Source of the DNA: an uncultured Nitrospinota bacterium
GTDB taxonomy: Bacteria > Tectomicrobia > Entotheonellia > J063 > CAVPRW01
Length of the DNA: 64,000 nt
Direction of reading: 5' to 3'
Assembly: GCA_963707985.1 (NCBI GenBank)
Contig: CAVPRW010000045.1
Coordinates: forward strand, 128,001 to 192,000
This document shows, one piece after another, positions 42,801-51,105 of the stretch; position 1 is the stretch's first letter, and each line of letters begins with the position of its first letter. Both the position numbers and the translations under genes were made by a program. The notes under the pieces were generated by a model. It was not told where the DNA came from, did no database searches, and worked only from the letters and a program-made list of their open reading frames with translations.

Positions 42801-43357
42801 AGGCTGTTGATGTCGGTTTCGGCAAACACACCACACTTGCCGGCTACCGGGTGCAATTTCAGGCCATAATAGCCTTGATTACACAGCTCCTCGGCTGGGA
42901 TGCGCAACTTGGCGTTGATCTTATCGATGACCGCTCCGGTGCCCCCGGCACACTTATCGTTCATGCTGGGGATTTTTTTCTTGCGGCCAGTTTCCGGATC
43001 TTCTTTGAAGATGATGATCTTGGCATCCTGTCCACCCAACTCGATCACTGAGCCGACCTCGGGATGCATTTTCTCGACGGCGAGGGAGACGGCATTTACT
43101 TCCTGCACGAATTTGGCGCCGATCAGCGGTGTGATGCCACCACCACCGCTGCCGGTGATGAAGATGCGAAAGTGATCGGCCGGCAGTTGAAATTCTTTCT
43201 CGATGCGCTGCAAGAACTCCAGCGTCTTCTCCGGCTGCTTCGTGTCATGGCGCTGATAATCCTGCCAGAGAATCTGGTCATCTTGGGGATCGACTACGAT
43301 AGCTTTCACTGTCGTCGAGCCCACGTCTAATCCGACAAACAGGCGTTGTCCCGTCAT
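39815..43357 (-). CDS. Double BadF/BadG/BcrA/BcrD activase plus DUF2229-like domain; PlsA/Ger-like
   Basis: Two ASKHA motifs (GLDVGSTTVK, GLDGGSTSTK), KCAGGTG, QCSAGNG, IGMPRAL, CFPSK, SFKCGHD. Confidence 0.8.
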   Translation of the reverse strand: MTGQRLFVGLDVGSTTVKAIVVDPQDDQILWQDYQRHDTKQPEKTLEFLQRIEKEFQLPADHFRIFITGSGGGGITPLIGAKFVQEVNAVSLAVEKMHPEVGSVIELGGQDAKIIIFKEDPETGRKKKIPSMNDKCAGGTGAVIDKINAKLRIPAEELCNQGYYGLKLHPVAGKCGVFAETDINSLQKMGVPRDELMASLFEAIIGQNLAVLTRGNTLRPVVLLLGGPNTYVRGMTEAWKHNIPKIWEERNYPLPQGVDPKDLIMVPKNAQYFAAIGAVEFGRQEEPSVGIYKGTADLEYYINFGRLEEKKKKGAAGLSKTPEDLEAFKERYRRQKFIPATFQPGQVVEAFVGLDGGSTSTKAVILDKDRNVLVKTYQLSKGNPIEDTIEVFGKLRQQVEDQGATLQILGVGTTGYAKDILKDTLGADVALVETVAHTESALRFYKDVDVICDVGGQDIKLMILKNRQVKDFKLNTQCSAGNGYFLQGTAEGFGYKVEEFADHAFSAEAMPTFGYGCAVFMQSDIVDFQRQGWKPEEIMAGLAAVLPKNIWLYVSQIPNLSALGTNFILQGGTQNNLAAVKAQVDFIESRFKGKGIKPNVIVHEHCGESGAIGAGIEAVRLWENGRQTSFIGLDAVAQITYQTHRNENTRCYFCKNKCLRTFIDVKVNLQTGPEDEPVQYKSKIPLEPGTKRLIVGNSCEKGLVEDVEAMRVIKKGLDAVKGSNPNLVEVAAKAVFKSFNPENVVDPLPRFAFTQRQKTRIELMKKREQIRIGMPRALNMYSQTPVFSAYFEALGVKPENLVYSDFTSEHLYKEGAKRGAIDPCFPSKVGIPHVHNLLYVHHKKKPLDIIFFPMIDSLTTDLYGTQDSRACPTVTATPEAVKAAFIKEGDLFAEMGVQYFPTFVKLAEPQLFARQMYEQFKDILGLSEEENARAIEEGYKALDYFNNVILRGTAREVLNELVAEQRLGIVLLARPYHHDPGINHEILEEFQKQGYPILAQDSLPIDPDILEELFGDEVQAGIIKDPMDISDVWKNSYSENTSRKIWAAKYVARHPNLVALELSSFKCGHDAPIYTVVEEIVENAGTPYFCFKDIDENKPTGSIKIRVETITYFLKRYREDMVAKKTKRITIEERLQAYEQKLREELYQQYAAAGIGPELVGVGSCGPTESGERLLQLTLD

Positions 43358-43413
43358 CGTCAATGGTCTCCTAGAAAAAGGCAGCGAGGCGTGAAGAGTG
43401 TTGGGGGACTGGT

Positions 43414-43457
43414 TGCTGAGGACTGGGAGAGAAGCGTCCGAAACTCAGTCCTCAGCA
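43414..43457. repeat. Intercistronic inverted repeat
   Basis: TGCTGAGGACTG ... CAGTCCTCAGCA, 12-bp perfect arms. Confidence 0.6.
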
Positions 43458-43469
43458 CTCGGTCCTACC

Positions 43470-45323
43470 TTAATACATGGCCGCGACTTTCTGTAGCTTC
43501 CGCAATCTCCCACCCTTCTCGTCGACGTCCATCAAGGCTGCTACCTGCTTGACGAAGTTCGCAGCGGTGCCGATGACCCCCTTGGTATGCGAGATCTTCC
43601 AGGCCGGGCGCTGCATTTCGGGGTGTGCCGACACGTAAGCGCGAATCTCGTCCAGGCTCCGGCCCGTCTCTTCAAGCACACGGGCGAATTCGTTCTTGGC
43701 TTTTACCTTTGCCTCGCCAAGCGCCATTTGGACGCGGCTGTGAGCATTGACGTCCCCCTCCCCGGAGGTCTCAATGGGGATGTAGATCATATCCTTGAAG
43801 TGGCTGATGACTGCTGACTGGGCTCCATCGCTCTGCGTTGACGGCATGCAGCCGAAGGGTTTTAAGGAGAGGACCATATGGCACAGGTCTTTGTTGCTGT
43901 AGTAGATGTTCTTAGCGACTTCGAGGTGTCCCTCGCCGCCTTCGGCGCGGGAGTTGTAGTAGGGATGCCCCATGCGCAGCAGCTCGAGCTGGTTGACGAG
44001 GCCGTGCGGCTTGTTGCCCAGGGCGGCACGTAGGCGGTCATACTCACGGTTATAGATTTTCCCGGCCAGGGTCAGCATGGTGAGTTTTTTGACAAAATCC
44101 AGCTCGCGTCTGGCCTGCTTACCGACCTCATGCCACTGCGGTCTCTCCTCCCCTTCGCGCAGGCCACGGCGGTCTCTGGCCTCATTCTTAGCCTGATTAA
44201 GGAGGTAGCTCGTCCAGGTCGCAACTGGTTCGCGAACGATCTGAGCTCCCTCGCGATCCAGGAAGGGGAACATGTTGAAATTGCCATCGCTCTCGGTGGT
44301 TTGCGCCCAGAATTCGCCGGTCACCTTGCAGATAGGCTTCACACGTAGATAATCAACATCAATCGTGTTCAGCCGGTCGAAACACCAGCGCAGCCCATCG
44401 ACGAAGTGGTCGCTAAAAAGCTGACGCAGGAATTTCCCCATAAACTCGGTCGTCCTAGCTAGACTGGGGGTCTTGGCCCATATGAAATCGGCGAGCTTGC
44501 CCTCGAGTTTGTACGGTTGGCGAGCTTTCATCACCTCGTGCATGTACTCCACGCACTCCCGCAGCACGCGATCCGTCTCCCCTTGCTTCACTTCAAAGGG
44601 GCGGATCTGGTCGGAGATGTCGAGGAGCAGGTCACCGAAGTTCATGCCATTGAGCATGCCGATGAAGAAGTCGATGTTCAGATCCAGCCCCGCCTCCAAG
44701 CCGGCTTGATCCAGGCCACCTCCTTGTTGGAAGAGCAGCACCCGGAATCCATCGAAGCCGGAATTCCGCAAGGCCAGTCGGTATTCCGCCTCATACATGC
44801 CAAAGCGACAGGGCCCACAAGCCCCCGCGGTGACGTAGATGTAATTATCGACGATGTCCTGCTTCGTCAGTCCTTGGCCTTCCAGGGATTGCAGATACTT
44901 CACCAAGTTGCCGACGGTGAAGTATGTGGGGTTGCACTGACCGTTGTTGCCATATTCCTTGCCGATCTGGAAGGATTGTTTGTCGGCATTGGGAAGTGGC
45001 ATGACTTTATAGCCCAGCCCTGCGATCGAGCCCTGGAGGATGCGCTCGTGTTTCCAGGTCAAGCCCCCGAAGAGCACTGTGGTATGTGGTCGTTGATCTT
45101 TGGTGAAGGGACGTTCTGCGGGCCGTCGGAAGTGCGTATGCGGCGTATCTGTGATACCTACGTCGTGCTCTAGGCGCGCCCGTTCCTCACGCAACCGTTG
45201 TTGGATTAGCTCTTCAAGGTGGGAAACGGGAACGAACGCCGTGTGGCCAGTTTTGCCGTTTTGCTGGTGGGTTTCCCCAGGCGAAGTTCCAGTTCGTTCT
45301 GCCGATGGTGCGATATTCGACAT
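43470..45323 (-). CDS. 2-hydroxyacyl-CoA dehydratase-like Fe-S protein; PlsR-like
   Basis: NNGQCNPTY, GACGPCRFGMY, VTGEFW, KPFGCMPS. Confidence 0.78.
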   Translation of the reverse strand: MSNIAPSAERTGTSPGETHQQNGKTGHTAFVPVSHLEELIQQRLREERARLEHDVGITDTPHTHFRRPAERPFTKDQRPHTTVLFGGLTWKHERILQGSIAGLGYKVMPLPNADKQSFQIGKEYGNNGQCNPTYFTVGNLVKYLQSLEGQGLTKQDIVDNYIYVTAGACGPCRFGMYEAEYRLALRNSGFDGFRVLLFQQGGGLDQAGLEAGLDLNIDFFIGMLNGMNFGDLLLDISDQIRPFEVKQGETDRVLRECVEYMHEVMKARQPYKLEGKLADFIWAKTPSLARTTEFMGKFLRQLFSDHFVDGLRWCFDRLNTIDVDYLRVKPICKVTGEFWAQTTESDGNFNMFPFLDREGAQIVREPVATWTSYLLNQAKNEARDRRGLREGEERPQWHEVGKQARRELDFVKKLTMLTLAGKIYNREYDRLRAALGNKPHGLVNQLELLRMGHPYYNSRAEGGEGHLEVAKNIYYSNKDLCHMVLSLKPFGCMPSTQSDGAQSAVISHFKDMIYIPIETSGEGDVNAHSRVQMALGEAKVKAKNEFARVLEETGRSLDEIRAYVSAHPEMQRPAWKISHTKGVIGTAANFVKQVAALMDVDEKGGRLRKLQKVAAMY

Positions 45324-45469
45324 CCGGGATCTCTCCTTTCCGCCTGACCTCCTTCGCGATCGACCGGGCACCTCCCCCGGCACTTACGACAACAACATGA
45401 CTTAGCCGGCCCCCCCAAAGTTGTTTGGTGGCAGTATAGACAGACGAGCCTCCCTACCCCGCTAGCGAT

Positions 45470-45491
45470 GTAGACTGACATGTCAGTCTAC
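45470..45491. promoter_or_regulatory. Perfect 22-bp palindrome, candidate repressor operator
   Basis: GTAGACTGACATGTCAGTCTAC, about 150 bp upstream of the PlsR-like start. Confidence 0.55.
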
Positions 45492-45504
45492 GAAAAACTC
45501 CTAA

Positions 45505-45535
45505 AAGAGGGGAGAGCTGTCGACCCTCCCCTCTT
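45505..45535. terminator. Hairpin, possible terminator downstream of the response regulator
   Basis: AAGAGGGGAG/CTCCCCTCTT 10-bp stem, T-rich on the minus-strand 3' side. Confidence 0.4.
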
Positions 45536-45822
45536 ACACCTTCATCACAGCGCCCGTGACTATTTACCCCACCTTACAACCCAGTGCGCTGGACTTAGCG
45601 GCGGGTGAGCTTCTTGCCTGCACCCTGACCGACGATACGGATACGTTATTTTTACCTCTTTTCGCAGACGAGGTCAATCACCAGTTGTGGTCGCCTCAGA
45701 ATTTGCCACAAGAACCATGGCATAACGCTCGACTTGGGAACCGTGCTGCACCTTCTCGCTTGTCGCACAGTGCTTCCTCTTCGTTGGTTCGCCTCCGTGG
45801 CAAGTCAGTCGGCTGGTGTGCA

Positions 45823-47181
45823 TCAGCCACGTTCTAAACGCTCGCGCAGTGTCTTACGGGTGATGCCCAACAGCCGAGCAGCCTGGCTCTTGTTGCCACC
45901 CGTTTTCTGCAGCACTTCAAGCAGATATTGCCGGATGACGTCGTCTAGGGACAGGATAGCATCGCCTGCCCAGAATGGAGTCTGTGGCGATGAGGCGGCA
46001 CCTAGGGGGAGTTCGATGGCTAGATCATTACGGGCGATGATCTCCCTGTCGCAGAGGAAGACCGCTCGCTCCATGATGTTCTTCAACTCTCGCACATTGC
46101 CCGGCCAAGCATACGAGAGTAGTGCCTGCTCGGCTTCAGAGGTGAATCCACGCACGCGTTTACCGAATTGGCGATTATTATGATGTACAAAGTGCTTGGC
46201 CAACTTCAGGATGTCCGTTTTTCGCTCGCGAAGCGGCGGCACTACGATGGACATCACATTGAGGCGGTGGTATAAGTCGAGGCGAAATGAGCCATCATTG
46301 ACGAAATCGATCAGCCGTTTATTCGTTGCCGCTAGGACGCGAACCTCGATCTTGCGTGGCGGTTTCGTGCTGCCGATGCGCTCGAACTCGCGCGTCTCCA
46401 GGAAGCGCAAAAGCTTGACCTGTGCCGTGAGATCGAGCTCCCCGATCTCATCGAAGAACAGGGTTCCCCCCTCGGCCATTTCGAACTTGCCCATCTTGCC
46501 TTGCCGAGCTGCCCCGGTGAAGGCGCCGCTCTCATAGCCAAAGAGCTCGCTCTCCACCAATTCCTTCGGAATGGCTGCACAGTTGACGACCACGAAGGGT
46601 TTGTCAGCTCGTGGGCTCTTATAGTGGATACTAGTGGCCACGAACTCTTTGCCGGTACCGCTTTCTCCCTGTATCAGCACCGTACTACTGTCATAGCGGG
46701 CGATTTTTTCGATTTGCTCTTCGACCTCACGCATGCTCAAGCTTTCGGCCGCCACATATTCCACGTTGAACCGTTCCAGGCGCTCCTTGCGGAGTAAGCT
46801 GACCTCCTTCTTCAGGCGCACGGTTTCGAGCCCTTTCTTAATGGTCACATCGAGCTCGTCGAGATCCAGAGGCTTCGTAATGTAATCGTAAGCCCCAGCT
46901 TTCATGGCCTGGACGGCACTCTCGACACTCCCGAAGGCGGTGATCATGATGACGATCAGGTCATCTTTCACCTCTTTAGCGCGCTTCAGGACTTCGAGGC
47001 CGCCCAACGTGGGCAATTTGACATCAAGCAGCACTAGGTCGGGGCCCACCTCTTCGACACGCCGCAGTCCCGCTTCACCGGTGGTGCACTCATCCACCTG
47101 GTAGTCCTCCCGGCGGAGGTATAGCGCGATGGAGTTACGAATCACTTCTTCATCGTCAACAATGAGGATTCTGAACTGCAT
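45823..47181 (-). CDS. Sigma54-dependent response regulator (NtrC/AtoC family)
   Basis: REC domain, GESGTGKE, GAFTGA, WPGNVREL, Fis-type HTH. Confidence 0.93.
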   Translation of the reverse strand: MQFRILIVDDEEVIRNSIALYLRREDYQVDECTTGEAGLRRVEEVGPDLVLLDVKLPTLGGLEVLKRAKEVKDDLIVIMITAFGSVESAVQAMKAGAYDYITKPLDLDELDVTIKKGLETVRLKKEVSLLRKERLERFNVEYVAAESLSMREVEEQIEKIARYDSSTVLIQGESGTGKEFVATSIHYKSPRADKPFVVVNCAAIPKELVESELFGYESGAFTGAARQGKMGKFEMAEGGTLFFDEIGELDLTAQVKLLRFLETREFERIGSTKPPRKIEVRVLAATNKRLIDFVNDGSFRLDLYHRLNVMSIVVPPLRERKTDILKLAKHFVHHNNRQFGKRVRGFTSEAEQALLSYAWPGNVRELKNIMERAVFLCDREIIARNDLAIELPLGAASSPQTPFWAGDAILSLDDVIRQYLLEVLQKTGGNKSQAARLLGITRKTLRERLERG

Positions 47182-47296
47182 TGATCGAGCTCACCATCCT
47201 TGTGCGACGGACTGAAGGCGTTGCTATCGGCCGAGAACCGTCTCTCGTATCTCCGATGCAACATGCTCCACTTCGCGTTCGCGCCAGCGCCCATTG

Positions 47297-48982
47297 CTAG
47301 CTTGTGGGCCGAGCGCGAAAGAGGAGCGTAAACGTGGTGCCTTTCCCCTCCTGGCTATCGCAGGTAATCGTGGCGTGATGTTTTTCCAAGATGGTCCGCG
47401 AGATGGAGAGGCCGAGCCCCGCCCCCTGTGACTTCGTGGTGAAAAAGGGATCAAAAATCCTTTTTAGGATTGCCGGCGGGATGCCAGCTCCAGTATCCGT
47501 TATACGCACCATCACTCGCCCGCCGGGACTTCTTGCAGTCCGAAGGCGCAGTACACCACGCGGTTGCATCGCTTGCAAGGCATTCAAAATGATGTTGATG
47601 AAGACGCGCTTGATCTGTTCCTGGTCCAAAAGCACCAGTGGCAGTGCCTTCCCCAGGCTTTTCTCGAGAGAGATCTGGCTCTCCTGTGCCTGCGGCGCAA
47701 TGATAAACAATGCTTCTTCAAGCACGTTGGTCACCGAGACAGGGGCGAGGACAGGCTCCTTCGGGGTCGCAAAATCGAGCAGGCCTTTGATGACATCATC
47801 GACTTTACGGATGCCTTTGAGGATATTCTTCAGATTCGATTCATGGAAATCACCGGGGTGCAGCGCGCGTGACAAGGCCTGAGCACTGATTCCTACCCCT
47901 GAGAGCGGGTTGCGAATTTCATGGGCGATGACTGCGGAAAGCTCGCCTAGCGCAGCCAGTCGGCTGATGCGCTCGTTTTCATGTTCCAGGTGTTTCTGCT
48001 CTGTCACATCACGTATGTAATGGACGACCCCGAGGAGATTGCCGGCTTTACCGGTGAGAGGATAGGTATAACTTTTGAAGATTTTTTCCGATTCGGGAAG
48101 GTTTAGTTCGACAGCAGCAGATTTTTTCGTCCGAAACGTCTCGTGGGCAGGGCATCCTAGGCAAGGGGTATCGCGACGATAGAAGGCTTGATAACACTTC
48201 TGGCCAGCGATCTGCTCAGCCGTTAGGTGATGACTGCGCAGTTTCGACGTGTTGGCGATGATAAGATTATAATCCAGGTCATGCACATAGAGCTGCTCCT
48301 CGATGCCATCCACATCGACCACGTCGAAGAGCGTTTTGAACTTGCGGCGTCCTTCCGTGACAGCTTTGCGCAGATACATATTCTCCAGTGCTAACCCAGT
48401 TTGCCCAGCCAGGAATTCGAGGAGCTGCATATCCCCGAGCGTGAAGGCATCCGGGGCATTTGGATGCCTGAGGAGGAGGGCTCCTAAGAGGGTCCCCTGG
48501 CGAAGAAATGGAATGTACAGCAAGGCGCCATCCGCCCAGCGCTCCCCGAGCAATCCCTGAATCATCGAGTCATAGGGATCACTCTGCAGATTCCCATGCA
48601 AGTCGAGCAGCTTACCTGAGCGGTACAGCAGGTTTTGGCGAGGCAGACTATTGATCAACGGGCCAATGGGCGGTAGTACGACATCGGCTAGGAATCCCTC
48701 AGTTGTCGCCACGATGGTGTGGCCCTCGTCCTGGCCAACGCAGAGAAGGGCTCCCTCTTGCGCACTTGGCACCAGGCTGAGGATCTTGGTGAGCAACTCC
48801 GCGGGAGGTTCCTGCGTATCCGCGACCTTGGCGAGAAAGGTGCCAAAAGCAAACAAGTTGGGCCAGTGATCGTTCAGATGTGGCCAGGTGATGTCGCCGG
48901 TGTGGAGCACTGGGGTAGGAGACGTGCCCTGGGGTACAGTGGAGTCCATACGGGGTGGTAGCGTTTTCCGGCCCTTCTGCAT
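47297..48982 (-). CDS. Cytoplasmic GAF-PAS sensor histidine kinase
   Basis: AHEIRNPL, NIILNA, DTGAGI, FDPFFTTK, GLGL; no TM helices; PAS with CY..CLGCP. Confidence 0.9.
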   Translation of the reverse strand: MQKGRKTLPPRMDSTVPQGTSPTPVLHTGDITWPHLNDHWPNLFAFGTFLAKVADTQEPPAELLTKILSLVPSAQEGALLCVGQDEGHTIVATTEGFLADVVLPPIGPLINSLPRQNLLYRSGKLLDLHGNLQSDPYDSMIQGLLGERWADGALLYIPFLRQGTLLGALLLRHPNAPDAFTLGDMQLLEFLAGQTGLALENMYLRKAVTEGRRKFKTLFDVVDVDGIEEQLYVHDLDYNLIIANTSKLRSHHLTAEQIAGQKCYQAFYRRDTPCLGCPAHETFRTKKSAAVELNLPESEKIFKSYTYPLTGKAGNLLGVVHYIRDVTEQKHLEHENERISRLAALGELSAVIAHEIRNPLSGVGISAQALSRALHPGDFHESNLKNILKGIRKVDDVIKGLLDFATPKEPVLAPVSVTNVLEEALFIIAPQAQESQISLEKSLGKALPLVLLDQEQIKRVFINIILNALQAMQPRGVLRLRTARSPGGRVMVRITDTGAGIPPAILKRIFDPFFTTKSQGAGLGLSISRTILEKHHATITCDSQEGKGTTFTLLFRARPTS

Positions 48983-49078
48983 CGGATCTCCTCTCCCACA
49001 AGGATGAAGCGTTCCGAAGCCGATTCAACCTCCCTAGCCGGGTGATTCACCGGCAGCATCCTGACAACCTCTGAACCC

Positions 49079-49402
49079 TCATGGATGAGGCGCCATAAAC
49101 ACCAACATGACCAAGCGATCGGGGCCCGGGTTCTCCACCGCGTGTTCTTCGCCCGAGCTCGCGTGAGCAGCCATGCCGGGCATGAGCTCCTGGCGCTCCG
49201 CCCCGATCTGCACGAGGCCTTTCCCCTCGAGCACATAGTAAATCTTGTCGGCTCCCGGATGTTTATGCGGTGCTTGTTCCTGGCCAGGCTCGAAGCAATA
49301 GACGTCGCAGAACATGCGCTCGGTTTCAAAGAGATTGACCTTCTGAAACTTGTCGGGTAAAAAGCTTTTGCACTTGGATACATCTACCCATGCCACGGCC
49401 AT
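49079..49402 (-). CDS. Cupin domain protein
   Basis: PGQEQAPHKH..YYVLEG..EEHAVEN. Confidence 0.85.
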   Translation of the reverse strand: MAVAWVDVSKCKSFLPDKFQKVNLFETERMFCDVYCFEPGQEQAPHKHPGADKIYYVLEGKGLVQIGAERQELMPGMAAHASSGEEHAVENPGPDRLVMLVFMAPHP

Positions 49403-49883
49403 TCCCCTCTGTGGATGATCCCATGACGCCCATAATGTTCGGCGCTCTTCTCATCAAAACATTCATGCATCAAACATGCAACAACACAGTCGTGCATCAA
49501 CGTGCCGCATTATAGCAGGCGATGTCACACGGCTCAAGCGTGCCAGCTATCTTGTCGCGGCGATGCCAAGTTCCGAGACCCAGGCGCTGTAGTCGCTCCT
49601 TAAATCAGCGGCTCCCCGTGTTTGGGGTCCAGCCCTTGAACGGCAGCGTAGATGGCTCGCGCAGGTTGAAGCTTTCGGGACCGCTTCATCAGGGGCGGTC
49701 ACAAGGGTTGCATGAAAGTCTTGCGGCACCAGGAGTTACACCCCATGCGTGTGGCACCGTGGCGTTGGAGATGGAAATATTGGCTCCGTGGATAATGGAA
49801 CCCTAGAAAATATTCGGGGACGAAGAGGCTACATCGTGTCCATAGCGATACTTTTCAACAGGGAAGAGGTGCGTGGAGGGCGC

Positions 49884-49912
49884 TTGACAGCTTTGAGCGC
49901 TTTGATTAGGAT
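49884..49912 (+). promoter_or_regulatory. Sigma70 promoter
   Basis: TTGACA-N17-TAGGAT upstream of 49953. Confidence 0.6.
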
Positions 49913-49952
49913 GATGGCGCTTTTCCGGTAAGTCTATTACGCGAGAGAGGAC

Positions 49953-50741
49953 GTGATGCTGCGCATATTTTTCCTAGTATTTAGCCAACTCACCGTGGGC
50001 GGCCTGGCCTTAATGTGGCTGGTGCCGGCCACGGAGATCGGTCTGGGATTTTTTCGGACCTGCGCTTCCATCTACCTGCTGATTTGGGTCTGCGTCGTCG
50101 CCGGACTTGAGTGGGCCCGGCCTTGGGAGCTCTTGGGGTTTGCGCTGTTTACCCTAGTTTTCCTGGTGTACTATGCGAGCTTATGGTTCAAAAAGGTGGC
50201 TAATCATTCGCGGCTTCTGGCGCTCGCCTCCGTGGTCGGCTTCTGTGCCGTCGTCGCCAGCGCTTTGAGCTCTTCGGCAGGAGGATCGCTGCTTGACGCC
50301 TTCTTGGTGGGTGTGCCAAATTTTCTTTTCAGCACTATCGCCCTAGGAGCTGCCATGAGTGGCATGTTGTTGGGGCATTGGTACCTGGTGGCACCAGAAT
50401 TATCGCTGGTGCCGATCAAACGCCTTACAGGGGCACTCGTATGGGCACTCGTGGCTCAAGGTGTGCTGTTGGCCCTGACGGTATCACCAGAGCTTGGGAC
50501 GGTTCCGAATTCTCTCCTACCGAGAGTGCACCATCTCTTGGTGGCGTATCCCTATTTCCTGCTGGGACGGGCGCTGGTGGGGTTGGTGGGAACGTTTGGA
50601 TTGGCGGTGTTGACCATGTGGCTGTTGCGCGAGGGTTCAACTCAAGCGGCGACCGGGTTCTTGTATACTGCGGTGTTGACCGTTGCCGTGGGAGAGTTGA
50701 TCGCCCGCTTTCTCTTCCAACTGACCAGGGTGCCGGTCTGA
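49953..50741 (+). CDS. Polytopic membrane protein of unknown function
   Basis: About 8 hydrophobic helices; MLLGHWYL and ATGFLY motifs. Confidence 0.7.
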   Translation: MMLRIFFLVFSQLTVGGLALMWLVPATEIGLGFFRTCASIYLLIWVCVVAGLEWARPWELLGFALFTLVFLVYYASLWFKKVANHSRLLALASVVGFCAVVASALSSSAGGSLLDAFLVGVPNFLFSTIALGAAMSGMLLGHWYLVAPELSLVPIKRLTGALVWALVAQGVLLALTVSPELGTVPNSLLPRVHHLLVAYPYFLLGRALVGLVGTFGLAVLTMWLLREGSTQAATGFLYTAVLTVAVGELIARFLFQLTRVPV

Positions 50742-50808
50742 TCCGATGTACTGACCGTCATCGTCAGTCGTGCGATGGCGGTAATCCGGCCTGGCGGCCT
50801 GGGGCTCA

Positions 50809-51103
50809 TTATTGTTCAGGTATGAGCAGCGCAGACAAATCGCGCAGACTTTCATCCAAGCGCGACCAGTACCAGCAGACAGTTTTTCCGTCGATCACGT
50901 GAATTTGCCCATCGCGCACAGCAGGTACCCAAGGAAATCCCGCAAACTCAGCCCGATCAGCGTCAGAAAGGCGGCTCCACGCAATAATCAGTGATGCCGA
51001 CGATCGAGTCTTCTAATCCAAAGGCAAATAGCTCTTCTGTCAGGCTAGGAACGAGACAGACGATGCGCTGTGGGGTTCGGTGCAGTGATGGGCTCGATAG
51101 CAT
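50809..51103 (-). pseudogene. Internally deleted BtuF-like (helical backbone metal receptor) gene
   Basis: MLSS..PQRIVCLVPSLTEELFAFGL..VGITDYCVEP joined out of frame to PAVRDGQIHVIDGKTVCWY. Confidence 0.7.
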
Positions 51104-51105
51104 AG

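Noticed and set aside
39815..45323. Benzoyl-CoA reductase or amino-acid fermentation dehydratase
   Set aside because: The fused double activase plus DUF2229-like layout and the absence of bcr/had partner genes fit PlsA/PlsR better, though the alternative is not formally excluded.
49490..49546. GGCACG sigma54-like sites upstream of the cupin gene
   Set aside because: The GG-to-GC spacing is wrong or the -12 GC is missing.
49673..49692. CTGATGA..GAAA hammerhead-like core on the minus strand
   Set aside because: The intervening 9 nt cannot form stem II.
49797..49810. Minus-strand TTTTCTAGGGTTCC resembling the start of a guanidine-I (ykkC) riboswitch
   Set aside because: The downstream GGTCCRAG and AAAAGCCCGG elements are absent, and it is far from the transporter.
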